NCBI GenBank assembly: GCA_002104905.1
Contig: MCFE01000207.1
Coordinates: 62,001-126,000 of the forward strand
Length of the DNA: 64,000 nucleotides
From: Basidiobolus meristosporus CBS 931.73
Lineage: Eukaryota; Fungi; Basidiobolomycota
Reading direction: 5' to 3'
This document shows positions 1 to 12,939 of the stretch, piece by piece. A program made the position numbers and the translations under genes. A model generated the notes under the pieces. The model saw only the letters and a program-made list of their open reading frames with translations. It did not search any database and was not told the origin of the DNA. Positions within the stretch are counted from its first letter, which is position 1. The number at the start of each line of letters is the position of its first letter.

Positions 1-2267
1 AATGGTCCTAATTTTGACCTAAGATGTTCAAACTTATCTCTAGCTAATGGTTTGGTAAATATGTCTGCAATCATTTCATCTGTAGGAGAGTAAACTAAGC
101 TAACTAAGTTATTCTCTATAGCTTCACATATGAAATGATGTCTAATATCTATGTGCTTGGTTTTAGCATGAAAAGTTGGATTTCTACCTAATTGTATACA
201 TCCTTGATTATCTTGAAATAATGTAATAGGCATTTTTTGACATAGGCCTAAGTCTGTAAAAAGCTTTCTTAACCACATTGCTTATTTTGTAGCTTCACAG
301 GCTGCCATGTACTCTGCCTCTGTGGTAGAAAGTGCTACAGTTGGTTGCTTTCTTGAATTCCATGAAATTGCTCCTTTACAGTTGTTGGCTGACAACTCCC
401 ACTCAAAATGAGATATCTGGACATGTTCCAAGCATGATATACATCAGACTGCTGACCATGGATTGATAAGAAAAGTCAGGGCTTTCAGATGGCACCAAGC
501 TCTCTTGATTTGGTTGAGTTTTGGCCAAGTTGAGGTTTGTCTCCATTGGGGTAGCTGCCGGTTTACAGTCTTCCATTTGGTACTTCTTTAGTATATCTTG
601 AATATACTTGGATTGACTTAGGGTGATAGTCTGAGTACTTCTGTCTATGGAGAACTTAATCCCTAAGTAGTAACTAAGTTCTCCTAGATTGGACATCTTG
701 AACTCCTTAGATAGGCTAGATTTAGTCTCTTCCAATGTTTCTAGGTTATTGGCAGCTATAATAAGATCATCCACATATAGAGCTAATAGAACTGGATTTG
801 CTCTATCTGGCTTATAGTATATACCATATTCAGCATTACTTCTTTTGAAACTCAAAGATTTCAAATAAGAATCTATCTTGCAATTCCAGGCTCTTGGTGA
901 TTGTTTGAGACCAAATAGTGACTTTTTAAGCTTGCAGACCAAATGGGGGCTATCTTGGTCAACAAACCCATCAGGCTGGTCCATATACATGTCCTCATCA
1001 AGTTCTCCATTCAAAAATGCAGTTTTTACATCCATTTGATGAATAAAAAACTTATATTTGGCTGCAATGGCCAATATTAATCTGATGGAATTAAACTTGG
1101 CTACTGGTGCAAAGGTCTCAGTATAGTCAAGTCCTTTTGTTTGAAAGTATCCTTTGGCTACAAGTCTTGCTTTGTATCTTTCAGTTGTACCATCAGCCTT
1201 GTATTTTGTCTTGAAGACCCATCTGCATCCAATTGATTTTTGGTTGATTGGTAATTTGACAAAGTCCCAATTTAATTTTCCATCAGGGCCTGATATTCCT
1301 CAGTCATTCCAGATCTCCAAAACTTTGTCTGAGGGCTATTTAGGGCCTCTTTTACAGTCTGGGGCTCATCAACATGGACTGAATAGGCATAGGCTAAGAT
1401 TGTACCCTCATTGATATAGTAATTTAGGCTATTTCTAGTCCAATTGGATCTCCAGGAATTTGATACTGGAATGATCACTTCTGGGATATTTGTGGGCACT
1501 GATTCTGGCTGATCCACTGTTGTGGAGTCCTCTGGAGTGAAAGAATTTTCCTTTTTTTGCTCTAATTCAATCCCAACAATTGGTGGACTTGAGATCAGAT
1601 TTTTGTCATCATCTGATGTCGTTTTTTGTGAACATTTTGAATTTTATCAAACAACACATCCCTGGACTTGATCAGCTTCTTTGCTTTGGTATTGTATAGT
1701 CTGTATGCCTTACTCTCATTGCAGTAGCCCAAAAATATGCATTTACACTTTTTGGCTCAAATTTTGACTGATTTCCAGCCAGTTTTTTGGCATATGCTGT
1801 ACACCCATATATTCTTAGATGTTCTGCACTTAGTCTGCATCCATACCATGCTTCAAATGGATCAGAATCACAGAGTATTCTGTTATAACTCCTATTTTTA
1901 AGGTATACAGCAGTGGCAACTGATTCTGCCCAAAAATCATAGGATAATTTTTGATCATAGATCATAGATCTTGCCATATCAGTTATTGCTTTGTTAGCTT
2001 GTTCTGCTACTCCATTTTGCTGTGGGGAGTATGGTACAGTAGTCTCTTGCTTTATCCCATGAATTTGGCAGAAGTGGATGAAGAGTTTTGAGGTATATTC
2101 TCCACCATTGTCAGAGCGTATTTTCTTGATTTTTTTACCAGTTTCTCTCTCCACCATGGCTTTAAACTCCCTGAGCTTAAACAGAGCTTCTTCCTTTCTC
2201 TCCATGAAGTAGACCAATGTGTATCTTGTGTAATCATCAATAAAAGTGACTAAATACTTCATCCCGC

Positions 2268-3071
2268 TGTGGTAGGGAAAACATACCTCCCACAGACAAG
2301 TTTATTCATATAGTCATTATGATATACTTATCCATATTTTATCTTATCAGTATTATCCCATTCTTCTTTTGCCCATATTATCATAATTATCACCATATGA
2401 TGTTTACCCTCATTAGTTATTAGCATTAGTTATCCCAGATGTTATTCAGCTTAGTGATCAGTATATGTATCTACATAAGGCAAGTACCCACATCAGTACC
2501 CGTGAGACATGACCTAGGTCTGTGTTACCATCCCTACCATTTCAATACCATATATGGTATTTCTATGCTACACAGGCTTCAGACTTATGATCCCTGATTG
2601 GTTGGATGTGCTGTGCCTTTTAGAACCTCCCAGGGCATTCTTGGTGTATTTTTAGCTCATACTGATCTCATCAAGAATTCCACTGATACCTAGAATCTTG
2701 TAGAACCTTGTCATTAGTAATCACTTGGCAATCAGGAAAAGTATCGAAGGGAAAGCAATCCCTCATCAATAAATCATCCCTTCTATCAGTAACACTTCTC
2801 CCTTATTCATTAGCAGTTGAACACAGCACCTGCCTTCAACAGTACATCTCAGACCTGCCATCAAGGAGCTTTTCAGGGTAGTGCACAAGACACACTGAGG
2901 CCTTTGGAGACACTTAGAGCACCTAGGAAGCTAGAGAAGCAGGAGTTTTTACCAATGTGACATATTGACAAAGACACCAGCAGTTTAGACCCAGAGGTTA
3001 TTGCACCCATCAGACACCTCACACACCTTGAGTTGTGTAGCTTCTCCCAGGAGTACCTCTACACCACCACA
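2268..3071 (+). mobile_element. Solo LTR (family LTR-A, Gypsy-type), 804 bp, inserted in the Copia integrase
   Basis: TGTGGT...ACCACA termini and 4 bp TSD CCGC (2264-2267, 3072-3075). Removing it restores the copia frame SLGG-MKYLVTFIDD. Confidence 0.93.
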
Positions 3072-4563
3072 CCGCCTAAGGATAAGTTTTGCATAGGTCC
3101 ACACAGATCTGAGTGAATTAGATCTAATTTTCTCTTAGTTTTGATTAACCCAGAGCTCTTGAACGGTTGTCTGGCTTGTTTCCCATATATGCAGGCTTCA
3201 CAGTGCTCCCAATTAGCTGGGGGATCAATTTTTACTCCAGAAATTAGCTGATCCTTGATCATTTTGCTCAAATAATCAAAATTGATGTGCCCAAATCTCC
3301 TGAGCCAAAGCATTGGTGTTTCTTCATTTAAGTTACTTATACTGGCTTCCAAATATGATGGAATATAAGTCAACTTGTATAGATTCTGATCTCTGATGCC
3401 CAAAGTAATATGGGCACCATTTTGTCAGTGATCTTGCATCCAGAATTGTCAAAGCTGAAACTGAGTCCTTCTGCTGTGGCCTTGCTTACAGATAGTAGGT
3501 TCTTGGCAATTTCTGGTACATAGAGTACTTCTTTAAAGGTCATTGTATGGCTTCCTTCACTGTTTCTTAGGTTTACTTGGATAGTTCCTTCTCCCACTGC
3601 ATTTAGTATTCTATTGTCACCCATGAAAACCTTCTTCAATTGGAATTTCTTGATATTGGGTGAAAAGTTCTTTTTGGTGTGTAAAGTGTTGAGATGCTCC
3701 AGAGTCAATATACCACATCTGAGAATCCTTGTTTGTGGTGATATTTAGTGCAGATATGAACAGTTTATCTTCAGTTGTTACAGCAATTCCATATTCAGGC
3801 TTCTTTTGCTGATAATCTCTCTTTTTGAGACACTGGTCAGATATGTGCCCTTTCCTTTTGCAGTAGTTGCAAAATAGGTTGCTGTTGCCTTTGTAAGGTC
3901 TCGGGTACCTCCTTTGTTAGTTATCATTGCTTATTAAAGCATTTTCTTCTTCCTTCTTATTGGCACTTGATTTTCATAATTCTTCATCCAGGAGCCTTCC
4001 ATATATGTAATTTAAGGTCAAGTCTTCAGTTCTGGACTCTATGGCTGATACAAGGCCCTGAAACTTGTCTGTCAGGCTATACAGGATGGTAACTATCACA
4101 TCCTCATCAGTAGTTGGTATGCCCACAGATTTCATCTCATCTACCAGCAGGGTAATTCTGTTAATTAGATTTTCATTTCTTCTCCTGGCAGCATCTTTGT
4201 AGTAAAGAATTTTTGTCTGAGATACATTTTCTTAGCAGCTGAACATGACTGGTAGGTGTCTTCTAGTGCTTTCCAGGCATTCTTTGCTGTTTTTGCTCTT
4301 GGCATTGAATTGGCAATTTGTCTTTAACATTAAGGCAAATGCAGTAAAAGGCACCTTGTTCTTTCTTCTGGTACTTCAAGGCTTCCTCTCCCACATTTTT
4401 AGGAGGGCATTCTTCTCCCATAACAGTATACCAAAGGCCTCTTTCTTGTAGCAGCATCTTCATCTTCACCTTCCACACTTGATAGTTAGATCCATCCAAC
4501 TTTTCAGCAGAGGGAAAAATTCCAGTAATAGCAGTAGTAGACATTGCAGAGAATGACAGCTTG

Positions 4564-4850
4564 GGGCTCATAACCTGTTGTAAGAGTCTGGGAGATATTG
4601 GAAGTGGTTGGGAGGACAAGTAGATTATGTGGTTTTTACTTAATGATTTATTGAATGTAAGGTTAGTATTGATATTTTTACCTGGTTTTGGCATTACAAA
4701 CATGTAGAATTGGTTAAGGAAGGTCCCAAGAACATGTGTGCAAAGTTTGGGGCTGTTTGGACAACTTTAAGAATTTTCATATTCTGGGTACCTGGTATTT
4801 TGGTGAAAATATTCCAAGTAAATCCCAACATGGAATTTGGTCAGTATTCT
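4564..4850 (-). repeat. Copia PBS (4564-4575) and truncated 5' LTR (4576-4850)
   Basis: Minus strand reads ...TTACAACA|GGTTATGAGCCC, the copia-type PBS (internal tRNA-iMet priming as in Drosophila copia). The LTR aligns with copies at 51844-52191 and 54632-54963. Confidence 0.85.
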
Positions 4851-5698
4851 ACCTGAGTTCCTTCTTTGCAGCAAAGATACTGCATTCTCTACCTGGGATA
4901 TTGACTTCTCTACATATATTATCTGCTCACCCTGTTGCTGGACTATATCTTGATTTCTCTGAGCTATTGCATATATCCTACCAGCCACAGCACCTAATTG
5001 CCTCATTAGTGCTTTTGTATAAGCTGACAACATACTGGCTTATATGGATGTTGGTGATGTGGTGGTGGCCACTTACTGGTCTTCAACCAAAGGTACTGCA
5101 TTTACTACATTCACATCTGCCTGCACATTGTGTTTAGCATGGGGCTCTGCAGAAGCTCTCATTTATCTATGTGGCTGAGAACCTGAGGAGTCCACATTAT
5201 TACCTTCAGTGAGCACACTGTCAACACGACCTTTTTTGGATGTAGCCCTGGTTGTTATACTATATGTCAAAGAAAGCTGGTATCCAACCATTCTTCTACT
5301 GCAATCAATAATGCAGTTTGGTTGTGAACCTGACTGCTTTGCTTTATTTTTGGGCAGAATATATATAGAAGTTAGTCAAACCAAAGTGGAAATAATGTTG
5401 CATATATATGTATATGTGGTGCCACAGCTTTATTTATAAGGCTTACTATGGGTGGCCATCATTGAATCTTACATTCATGTATTTGTAATGTCCCAATTAC
5501 AAGACTGTCTTGAGCTCATACGAGTATTGACAAAAAAGTGAAATAATAGTGTTATGTTGCTGAGTGTCAAACCCTTTGCCCCATGGAGAAGACTACTTTG
5601 ATCTAATGCCATAATAGAAGAGAAAAACAGCATGTGGCTATTTTAACAAGCCTTTCAGCCATGAAGTATACAGTCAGCAAAGTAAGTATTACAAGTGT
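4851..5698 (+). mobile_element. CACTA-like element fragment A (ORF2 5' half, ORF2 on minus strand)
   Basis: Aligns with 7430-8040 and 24060-24790; ORF 4767-5033 matches the ORF2 coiled-coil segment. Confidence 0.8.
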
Positions 5699-8171
5699 CC
5701 CTATGAAAAGTTATTGTGACAATCCCATCAAAAGACCGTCACAAATTTAATGTCCCATGACTAAGAGGTACTGATCCCATCAGGACTTCATGTAGAGACC
5801 ATTTAAAAATAATTGCAACCCAGATTTCACAAAAATCTTTGTCAAGATTTTCATCAGAATAATATAATAGTGGCTTTTGATTAGTTCCCTCCCAATTTGC
5901 TAACTTTCTGATCCTGGACACTTGATCACCTCCTACATTGGTGTACATCAACTGACTACTGCCCCTTTCTCACACTCCATACTTCCTGACTCAACCATTT
6001 CTCTTACTTTTGATGTATACAACTTGACTTATTTCCATTGAAACTTCAGTTGTACCTCAATTGCCAATTTTTTTGACCTATATTAGTCCCTATACCCTAC
6101 ACTAACATCAGGCTGAGCCCCACAACCAACAAGTAACTCCATTAAAATCCACCACTTGGTAAGTATTTCTGCTGTCATGCTCTGTTTCCATGACTCCAGC
6201 AGGAACCCAACAGTTTTATGCCACTTTCATTCTCTGGTTCCCACATGTCTGGGTCTTCCACTGGCACTACAAGGTCAAGCATCTCATCTGCCAGTCTTTG
6301 CAATAAATCCTTGCAATATTCAAGTGCATTTTCTTGGGCACTGCTCTTGAAGAAGTGCTGCAACCTGTTTGTTTGCCTATTAATTCCAAAATTCCACTGA
6401 AGACATTCTGATAGTCTTTCAAGTTCTTTGCATTATAGCCTTGTCTGTCAGTTGGATCTCCACTCCATCCACAACAGAGGATGTGGAGGCTTTGGTAGAC
6501 AAATTACCATTCTCTGCAAACTCATTGACCTTGCTGGAGTGTAGCTCAACTGCCTGTGCTTCCAACTTTTGTGAAAACAGCTCTTTTGTTGTTGGAATTC
6601 TTCTTGGCTATGATGGTATTTAGTCTGTTCTGGGCTTATGGCGCTAATTGGCAAGAACTGCAGTTTCTTTTGTATGCTTCTCAGTCTCTGGCTTGAGTGG
6701 ATATTTTCTCCCTCACCTATTCCTTTATCACTGCCAGGTCTCTCACTGCTACTGTGTCTGTGTGCTACTTGTAATGAACTACATTTTCTCCTTGATAAAT
6801 TCTGCACTGATGTATCTGTTTTGATCTGCTTGTCCCTTGCTGGCACTCTCATGGCAACTTGATGTTTCTTTACCACTGGCCTTGAGCTCTTGGCGCAGTT
6901 TTGGAAGGCTCCTGAGAAAGCCACTGATTTTATCACTGCAAGGTCCTTCACTGCTGCTTTGAATGGGTTCTTTGTGAGTGGTAGTATGCCTTTTCCTTGA
7001 TAAGTATTATACTGGGGCATCCATGTCTGCCTGCTTGTCCCTTACTGGCAATCTTCCAGCTACCTGACATCTCTTTGTTGCTTGCTTCAAGCTTTTGGCC
7101 CTGCTTGTAACAGGCTCTGAGGAAGCTGCTAGTTTTTAGCCATGGCACCTTTGTTCTTCTGCCTTTGATAGTTTCTGCTATTCTTAAGATACTTTTATAG
7201 CATACCAATGCTAGCCCAAAATCTGTTTGCCCATCACAGATCTTCAATGACTTTTGATTTTGAGACTTTGGTATATACACCACATTGTCTTCCTCCCATG
7301 CTGTGATTGGTTTTTCTGTAAGCTTTATCTTTGGACATTTTTGTGATGCTACAAGGAGTGTATGGTGTTTCCCTGCTGTTACATTTGTAGATGGCTCAAT
7401 TCTTGGCTGTGACATTGCGCTACCTGAGTTCCTTCTTTACAGCAAAGATACTACTCTCTCTACCTGAGATATTGATTGCTCTAGACATATTGTTTACTCA
7501 TCCTGTATCTGGACAATTTTCTGATTTCTCTGGGCCATTGCATCTATCCTATCAGCTACTGCACCTAATTGCCTCATCAATGATTTGGTATGAGCTGACA
7601 ACATACATGCTAATATGGGTGGTAGTGATGTTATGACAGCCACTCAATTGTCTTCAACTGAGGGTACTGCATTTACTACACACTACTCTGCCTGAGCATG
7701 ATGGTTGGCTTGTGGATCCACAGAGGTCCTCAATTGCCTACATGACTGAAAGCTTCAGCAGTTTGCATTTCTACCTTCAGTGGGCACACTGTCAACATGG
7801 CCTTTTTGGATGTGGCCCCTGTTCTTGCACTGGATGTCAAAGCAAGCTGTTGCTCAACTGTTCTACTGCTACCATCAGTAGTGGGGTTGATTGAGAACCA
7901 GACAGCTTTGCATTATTTTTTTGGTGGCATATATATGGAAGTGAGTCAAGCCAAAGAGGAAATACATGGATCACAGCAAGTGTTTTGCCACACAAGTCAT
8001 CTTTGTCCATTCTTCAATCTATACTGTACCATCTTTGCCTTGTGAATATGGCACACAGAGTGATAGCTCTGATAAAGAAGGCTCACTGATGGATTGTGAA
8101 TCTATTTCTCCTAACAACAGTACCACAAATGAGCCCAGTCAAACCCCAATATGCAATCAGAGTGCACCTGT

Positions 8172-11100
8172 TGTGGTGGTTTACAGGTACTCCTAGGAGA
8201 GGCTACCAAACTCAAGGTGTATGAGGTATCTGATGGGTGCAATACCCTTGGGGTCTAAACTGCTAGTGTCATTGTCACTCTGTTACTATAGTAGGAGCTC
8301 CTGCTTATCTAGCTTCCTTGGTGCTCCAAGTGTCTCCAAAGGCCTCTGTGTGTCTTGTGCACTACCCTGTAAAGCTCTTTGATGGCAGGTCTGAGGTGTA
8401 ACTGTTGAAGGCAGGTGCAGTAATCAACTACTAATCAATAAGGGAGATGTGTCACTGATAGAAGGGATAATTTATTAATTAGGGATTGACTTCCCTTGAA
8501 TACTTTTTCAGATTGCAAAGTGATTACTGATAAAAGGTTCTAAAAGGTTCCAAGCATCACAGGAATTCATGATGACATCACTTTGAGCTAAAAGTACTCC
8601 AAGAAGCTCTTGAAAGGTTCTAAAAGGCACAGCACATTCAGTCAATCAGGGATCAGAGGTCTGAAACTTGTGTAGCATAGAGATACCATATGAAGTATTG
8701 AAATGGTAGGGATGGTAGCACAGACTTAGGCCATGTATCACTGGTACTGATGCAGGTACTTGCCTAATGTAAATACATATACTAATAACAAAGCTGAATA
8801 ACATATGGGATAACTGATGCTAGTAACTAATCAGGAGTAACATCATATGGGGATAATACTAATACTATAGGCAAAGATGAAGAGGTTAATACTGATAAGA
8901 CAGAATTTGGATAAGTGCATTATACTAGCTATATGGATAAACCTGTCTGTGGGAGGTAAATTTACCCTACCATATTCACCCCCCACTTCAGCTAAAAGTT
9001 CCCTGAAGCTTTTTAGCCAGCCACTGTAAGTATGGAGAACAAAGTGCTCTCTCAGTCATTGTCATTGAAACCACCTCTCTTTTCCTGGGATAGAAATGTA
9101 TATTATGTCACTGATTGGGTATTTCTAGAGTCCACACCACAAAAAGTAGCTGTTAGTCCTGGACTCTCTGAGTATCTTGTATACCATGCTGAGCCATCTG
9201 GGTAGCTCACTGCTGTTGCTCTTGCTTACACCTCCCATGACCTTCCATGAAGTACGTCACAGTTGGCCTTTGCACAAATGGAGAATTTTGCGGGATATTC
9301 CTTCAATGATGAGAGGGAAGCTGTGAATGATTCCTAAAAGCTTTGATTGCCCTGAGTTGGCATTCTTCATGCTCCACTTGATGTTGGCGTATATGGGCAA
9401 TAGGTCTTTGCATGCTAGTTGTTTCCAAGCCTCCAAAGGCATTGCACATATTTCAGTTCCACTGCCTGTATGACGTCGGATTTCTTGATATGCACAGTTC
9501 CAGTAGCTGTTGCAGTTGCCACTGAGTAGTAGTGTTTTGAGTTCTGATGCAGCTTACTGATATCTTGGCTTCCCTGAACTGTCTTGACCTGGTTGCCTTG
9601 GGTTGCTTCATTTGATGCTCTCTTATTCTGATGTGCTCATCCAGAGTCTTTCCTACAGTAGGCAATACACTGAGTAGCTCTACAGCCTTAATTGATATGT
9701 TCCTACCTAATATATGACTTTTCAGAGCCTCAGGGGTACCTTTTTACATAACTCTGAGCTGCATGTGGTAATTGTTAGCCTTGTCAGACTGTTGCAAAGT
9801 TAAAGAGGGTGATGCTTTCTTCTCAAGCACAACTTCTGGCTCACATCTTGGTACTTTTGTTGATGGGCCTGGATTAGCTAGTTTTTCAGGATGGTGTCTA
9901 TTTGTATCATAAATTAAAGCTATATGATCTTGGGACTCTTTAGGGTCCTCATAATCAAGGTTAAGAGCTTCAGCTGGATCAAAGTAGTGAGGATCTTCAT
10001 CTTCACAGAGGTGCACCTTTCTTGTGTGAGAGGTTACTTGCTTGAAGAAAACCCCCATTCCTCTTTGGCCAAATGCTGTAGATAATTTGTCACCATGCTT
10101 ACCAATTATATATCCCTGAGGACTATATACAATATCACCTGTGGATAGTAATAACTGAAGCTATTGGCAATCTCCCTTAGAATGAATGGCAGAGTTACAC
10201 CATATGCATGCCCTCAGAAAAAAAATTAAGAAAAGGCCTGTAGAATACCATCAAAAAAAAAGCTGGATTCCAATTTCTCAAATCTGACAACTATCATTAT
10301 CTCACGTACTAGCAGTTGGGCTGACAAGCCAACATATTTTCCAAGAGGAGACTAGGTCATCCAGGTTTTATAACAGATTTGGTGATTAGCTGCCCACTAC
10401 TTCCATCAAAAATTGCAACTGGATATTTGAACAAACAATACCGGCTGAATACCAGCTAAATACCATTAGAATACCAGCAGCATACTGGCAGAAAATCAGA
10501 CAAGTTCCAAGTTTGGGATATTTCATAGGGATGTGTATTTGACTTCCTCAGCTACTGGTTTCTGTCCATATGCTTGGCTGGCCAGTAGCAAAGAAGGTGT
10601 CTCTAGTTGCTTTGTCAGCTCCCAGATTTTAGTGTATTGCTTACTGGTGTTAAGTAAGTCTTGACTATCTTGAATTTGTGCTTGGCCTGAAAGAAGTTTT
10701 CTGATTAGTGGGGCCTCTTCAGGGGCAAGCAGAATCTTCTTAGCTAATTGAAATGCAGGTGGTGAACTCATAGCTCTCACAGCAGGATCATCTTCAGTCC
10801 TTCTCACCTTGCCTTCTGATAGTGCTCTGAGAAGATAGGCAGATAAAGTGGAATAGGTAATAACTCCTTGGGCTTTCAGTAGCTTTCCAATTTGCTTAAG
10901 GCCACTCAAGTGTTCATTCAATGGCAGCACCTCAAACTTGCTATAAGCAAAGCTCTTTAAACCTTTAAGTGTGTGGTCAACTTGTCTCTATCCATATTCT
11001 TCAATCAAATAGATCTTCAAGAGGGTCCAATTTGCAAGGGGATCATTCCTTTCATATAATGAGGGCATTATCTCATCAGTACTCTAAGGGAGCATCTCTT

Positions 11101-12097
11101 CTGTTAAATGGCATCTGGTACTTGATGGGCTCTGCAGAAAAGCTCCCAGCTCTTAATGAAAGCTTTAACTTTTGTTCCATCAAAGAAAGGAGTCCCTTGC
11201 ATTCCTGGTAAAGTGGATTCATGGTCTTGGTAATATTTCTTTCTTGAATATTCTAGGGCAGTTCAATTGTACCCCCCATGTTGGGTGCCAAATATTTGGT
11301 GGTGTAGAGGCACTCCTGGGAGAAGCTACACAACTCAGGGTGTGTGAGGTGTCTGATGGGTGCAACAACCTCTGGGTCTAAACTGCTGGTGTCTTTGTAA
11401 TTCTGTTACTTTTGTAAAAGCTCCTGCTTCTCAAGCTTCCTTAGTGCTCCAAGTGTCTCCAAAGGCCTCTGTGTGCCTTGTGCACTACCCTGTAAAGCTC
11501 TTTGATGGCAGGTCTGAGTTGTAACTTTCAAAGGCAGGTGCAGTGATCAACTGCTAATCAATAAGGGAGATGTGTTACTGATAGAAGGGATGATTTATAA
11601 ATTAGGGACTGACTTCCCTTTAATACTTTTCCCAATTGCCAAGTTATTGCCAATGATAAGGTTCTAGAAGATTCCAGCATCAGTAAAATTCTCAATGACA
11701 TCACTATGAGTTAGAAATACTCCAAGAAGGTCATGGAAAGTTCTAAAAGGCACAGCACATCCAACCAATCAGGGATCAGTAGTCTGAAGCCTGTGTAGCA
11801 TAGAGATACCATATGAAGTATTGAAATGGTAAGGATGGTAACACCAACTTAGGTCATGTGTCACAGGTACTGATGTGGGCACTTGCCTAATGTAAGTACA
11901 CATACCGCTCACAAAGCTGAATCCTATTTGCAATAATCAATGCTAATAACTAATCAGGAGTAACATTATTTGGGGATAATACTAACAATATGGGCAAAGA
12001 AGAATGGGATAATACTGATTAGATAAAATATGGAGAAGTGCATTATAACAGCTATATGGATAAACCTGTCTGTGGGAGGTATGGTTACCCTACTAAA
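8172..12097 (-). mobile_element. LTR-A family element with gag + aspartic protease only (no RT/RNase H/integrase), degenerate
   Basis: Two same-orientation ~800 bp LTRs (8172-8974, 11295-12097), PBS at 11274-11290, PPT (GAAGTGGGGGGTGAA on minus) just inside 8975. The ~2.3 kb interior gives GTPFFDGTKV gag start, CIWCNSAIHSKGDC zinc knuckle (~10150-10200) and protease-like SGTEICAMP...DVLHGRSWE (~9230-9470). Confidence 0.85.
11274..11290 (-). promoter_or_regulatory. Primer-binding site, tRNA-Lys(CUU)-type, CpG-decayed
   Basis: TGGCACCCAACATGGGG, 4 nt after the 5' LTR. Differs from the tRNA-Lys1,2 PBS TGGCGCCCAACGTGGGG only at the two CpG sites. Confidence 0.75.
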
Positions 12098-12939
12098 TTG
12101 ATGAAACAAATGCAGATGATACTTTATGGAGCTAAGTAAGCCCAGTAATCCATCTACTGGTGAATGATGTTATCCTGTGGCTAGAGAAGTGGTGTGCTTT
12201 CACCAATAATGGTACTGGGGGCTCTGAGGACTTACTTTTACTGGCAAAAAGCATTCTGAGATACAACTTACGATGTAAATGGTACAAGTGGACAATCCTC
12301 ATGCAGCTGGCAACATACAACCCAAAAGCTGTCCTGATTCCAACATGTGTTAACAGTCTCATGGAACTTTAATCCAAAAATATCACCATTGCTACATTTC
12401 CAAATTACTAAGAATCCACCACTATTGGGGGAAGACATTGTTCACACTCCTGATATATTCCAGTAATAACCTGCTTAAAGAAGCTCATGCAGTGTGACAG
12501 ATATTTCAAAGCTATAGAGTACTGCACTCAGTATCAATCAAGTGCAAATATATGCAATTTATTTGATTGTAAACATTGCAAACACCTAAGAATTAAGGGT
12601 TACTACAAAGGTATGTATCACCATGCCTTTACCTTAGCACTTGATGGATTTTCATTAAAGTAGTACTCTACCAGCAATTACTGCTGGCCACAGTTTCTCA
12701 TCAACCATAATCTGCCACCCATGTCATGGTATCAGGGCAAAAATCTGATGGTAGTCTCATTGGTAGCTGGGCCTATATTACTGTCCATACTGGATAGCTA
12801 CCTGTATCCATTGCTGGATGAGTTTTAGATGCTTTTCAGTGGGATAACAGTAAATAGCCATCATGTCAAAGTGCATGCTATTATCTGCATTGGAAATACC
12901 CCAGCCATCAGCAAGATAGCCTGCTGATTACACTCTTCC

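Larger units (their letters stand above)
1..4850 (-). mobile_element. Ty1/Copia LTR retrotransposon, degenerate; 3' end runs off the window, 5' LTR truncated
   Basis: Minus-strand copia order: gag (KLDGSNYQVWKVKMKMLL, ~4263-4560), protease, GAG-pre-integrase/HHCC (3059-3403), integrase (VTFIDDYTR, IRSDNGGEY, PQQNGVAE; 1672-2262), RT (QMDVKTAFLNG, LYVDDL; 403-1074), RNase H (1-400). Multiple stops and frameshifts. Confidence 0.95.
5699..12925 (+). mobile_element. CACTA-like element B: left end, ORF2, 5' part of transposase; interrupted by the LTR element at 8172-12097; right part missing
   Basis: Starts CCCTATGAAAAGTTATTG like 21307. Sequence on both sides of the LTR element is contiguous with the uninterrupted homolog at ~24900-24960. 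Ends in the IG(D/N)TPAISKIA transposase motif. Confidence 0.85.

Noticed and set aside
10430-10500. Short AATACC-type repeats inside the gag-protease element
   Set aside because: Four imperfect units in gag low-complexity coding sequence; no termini or TSD found to support a separate insertion.
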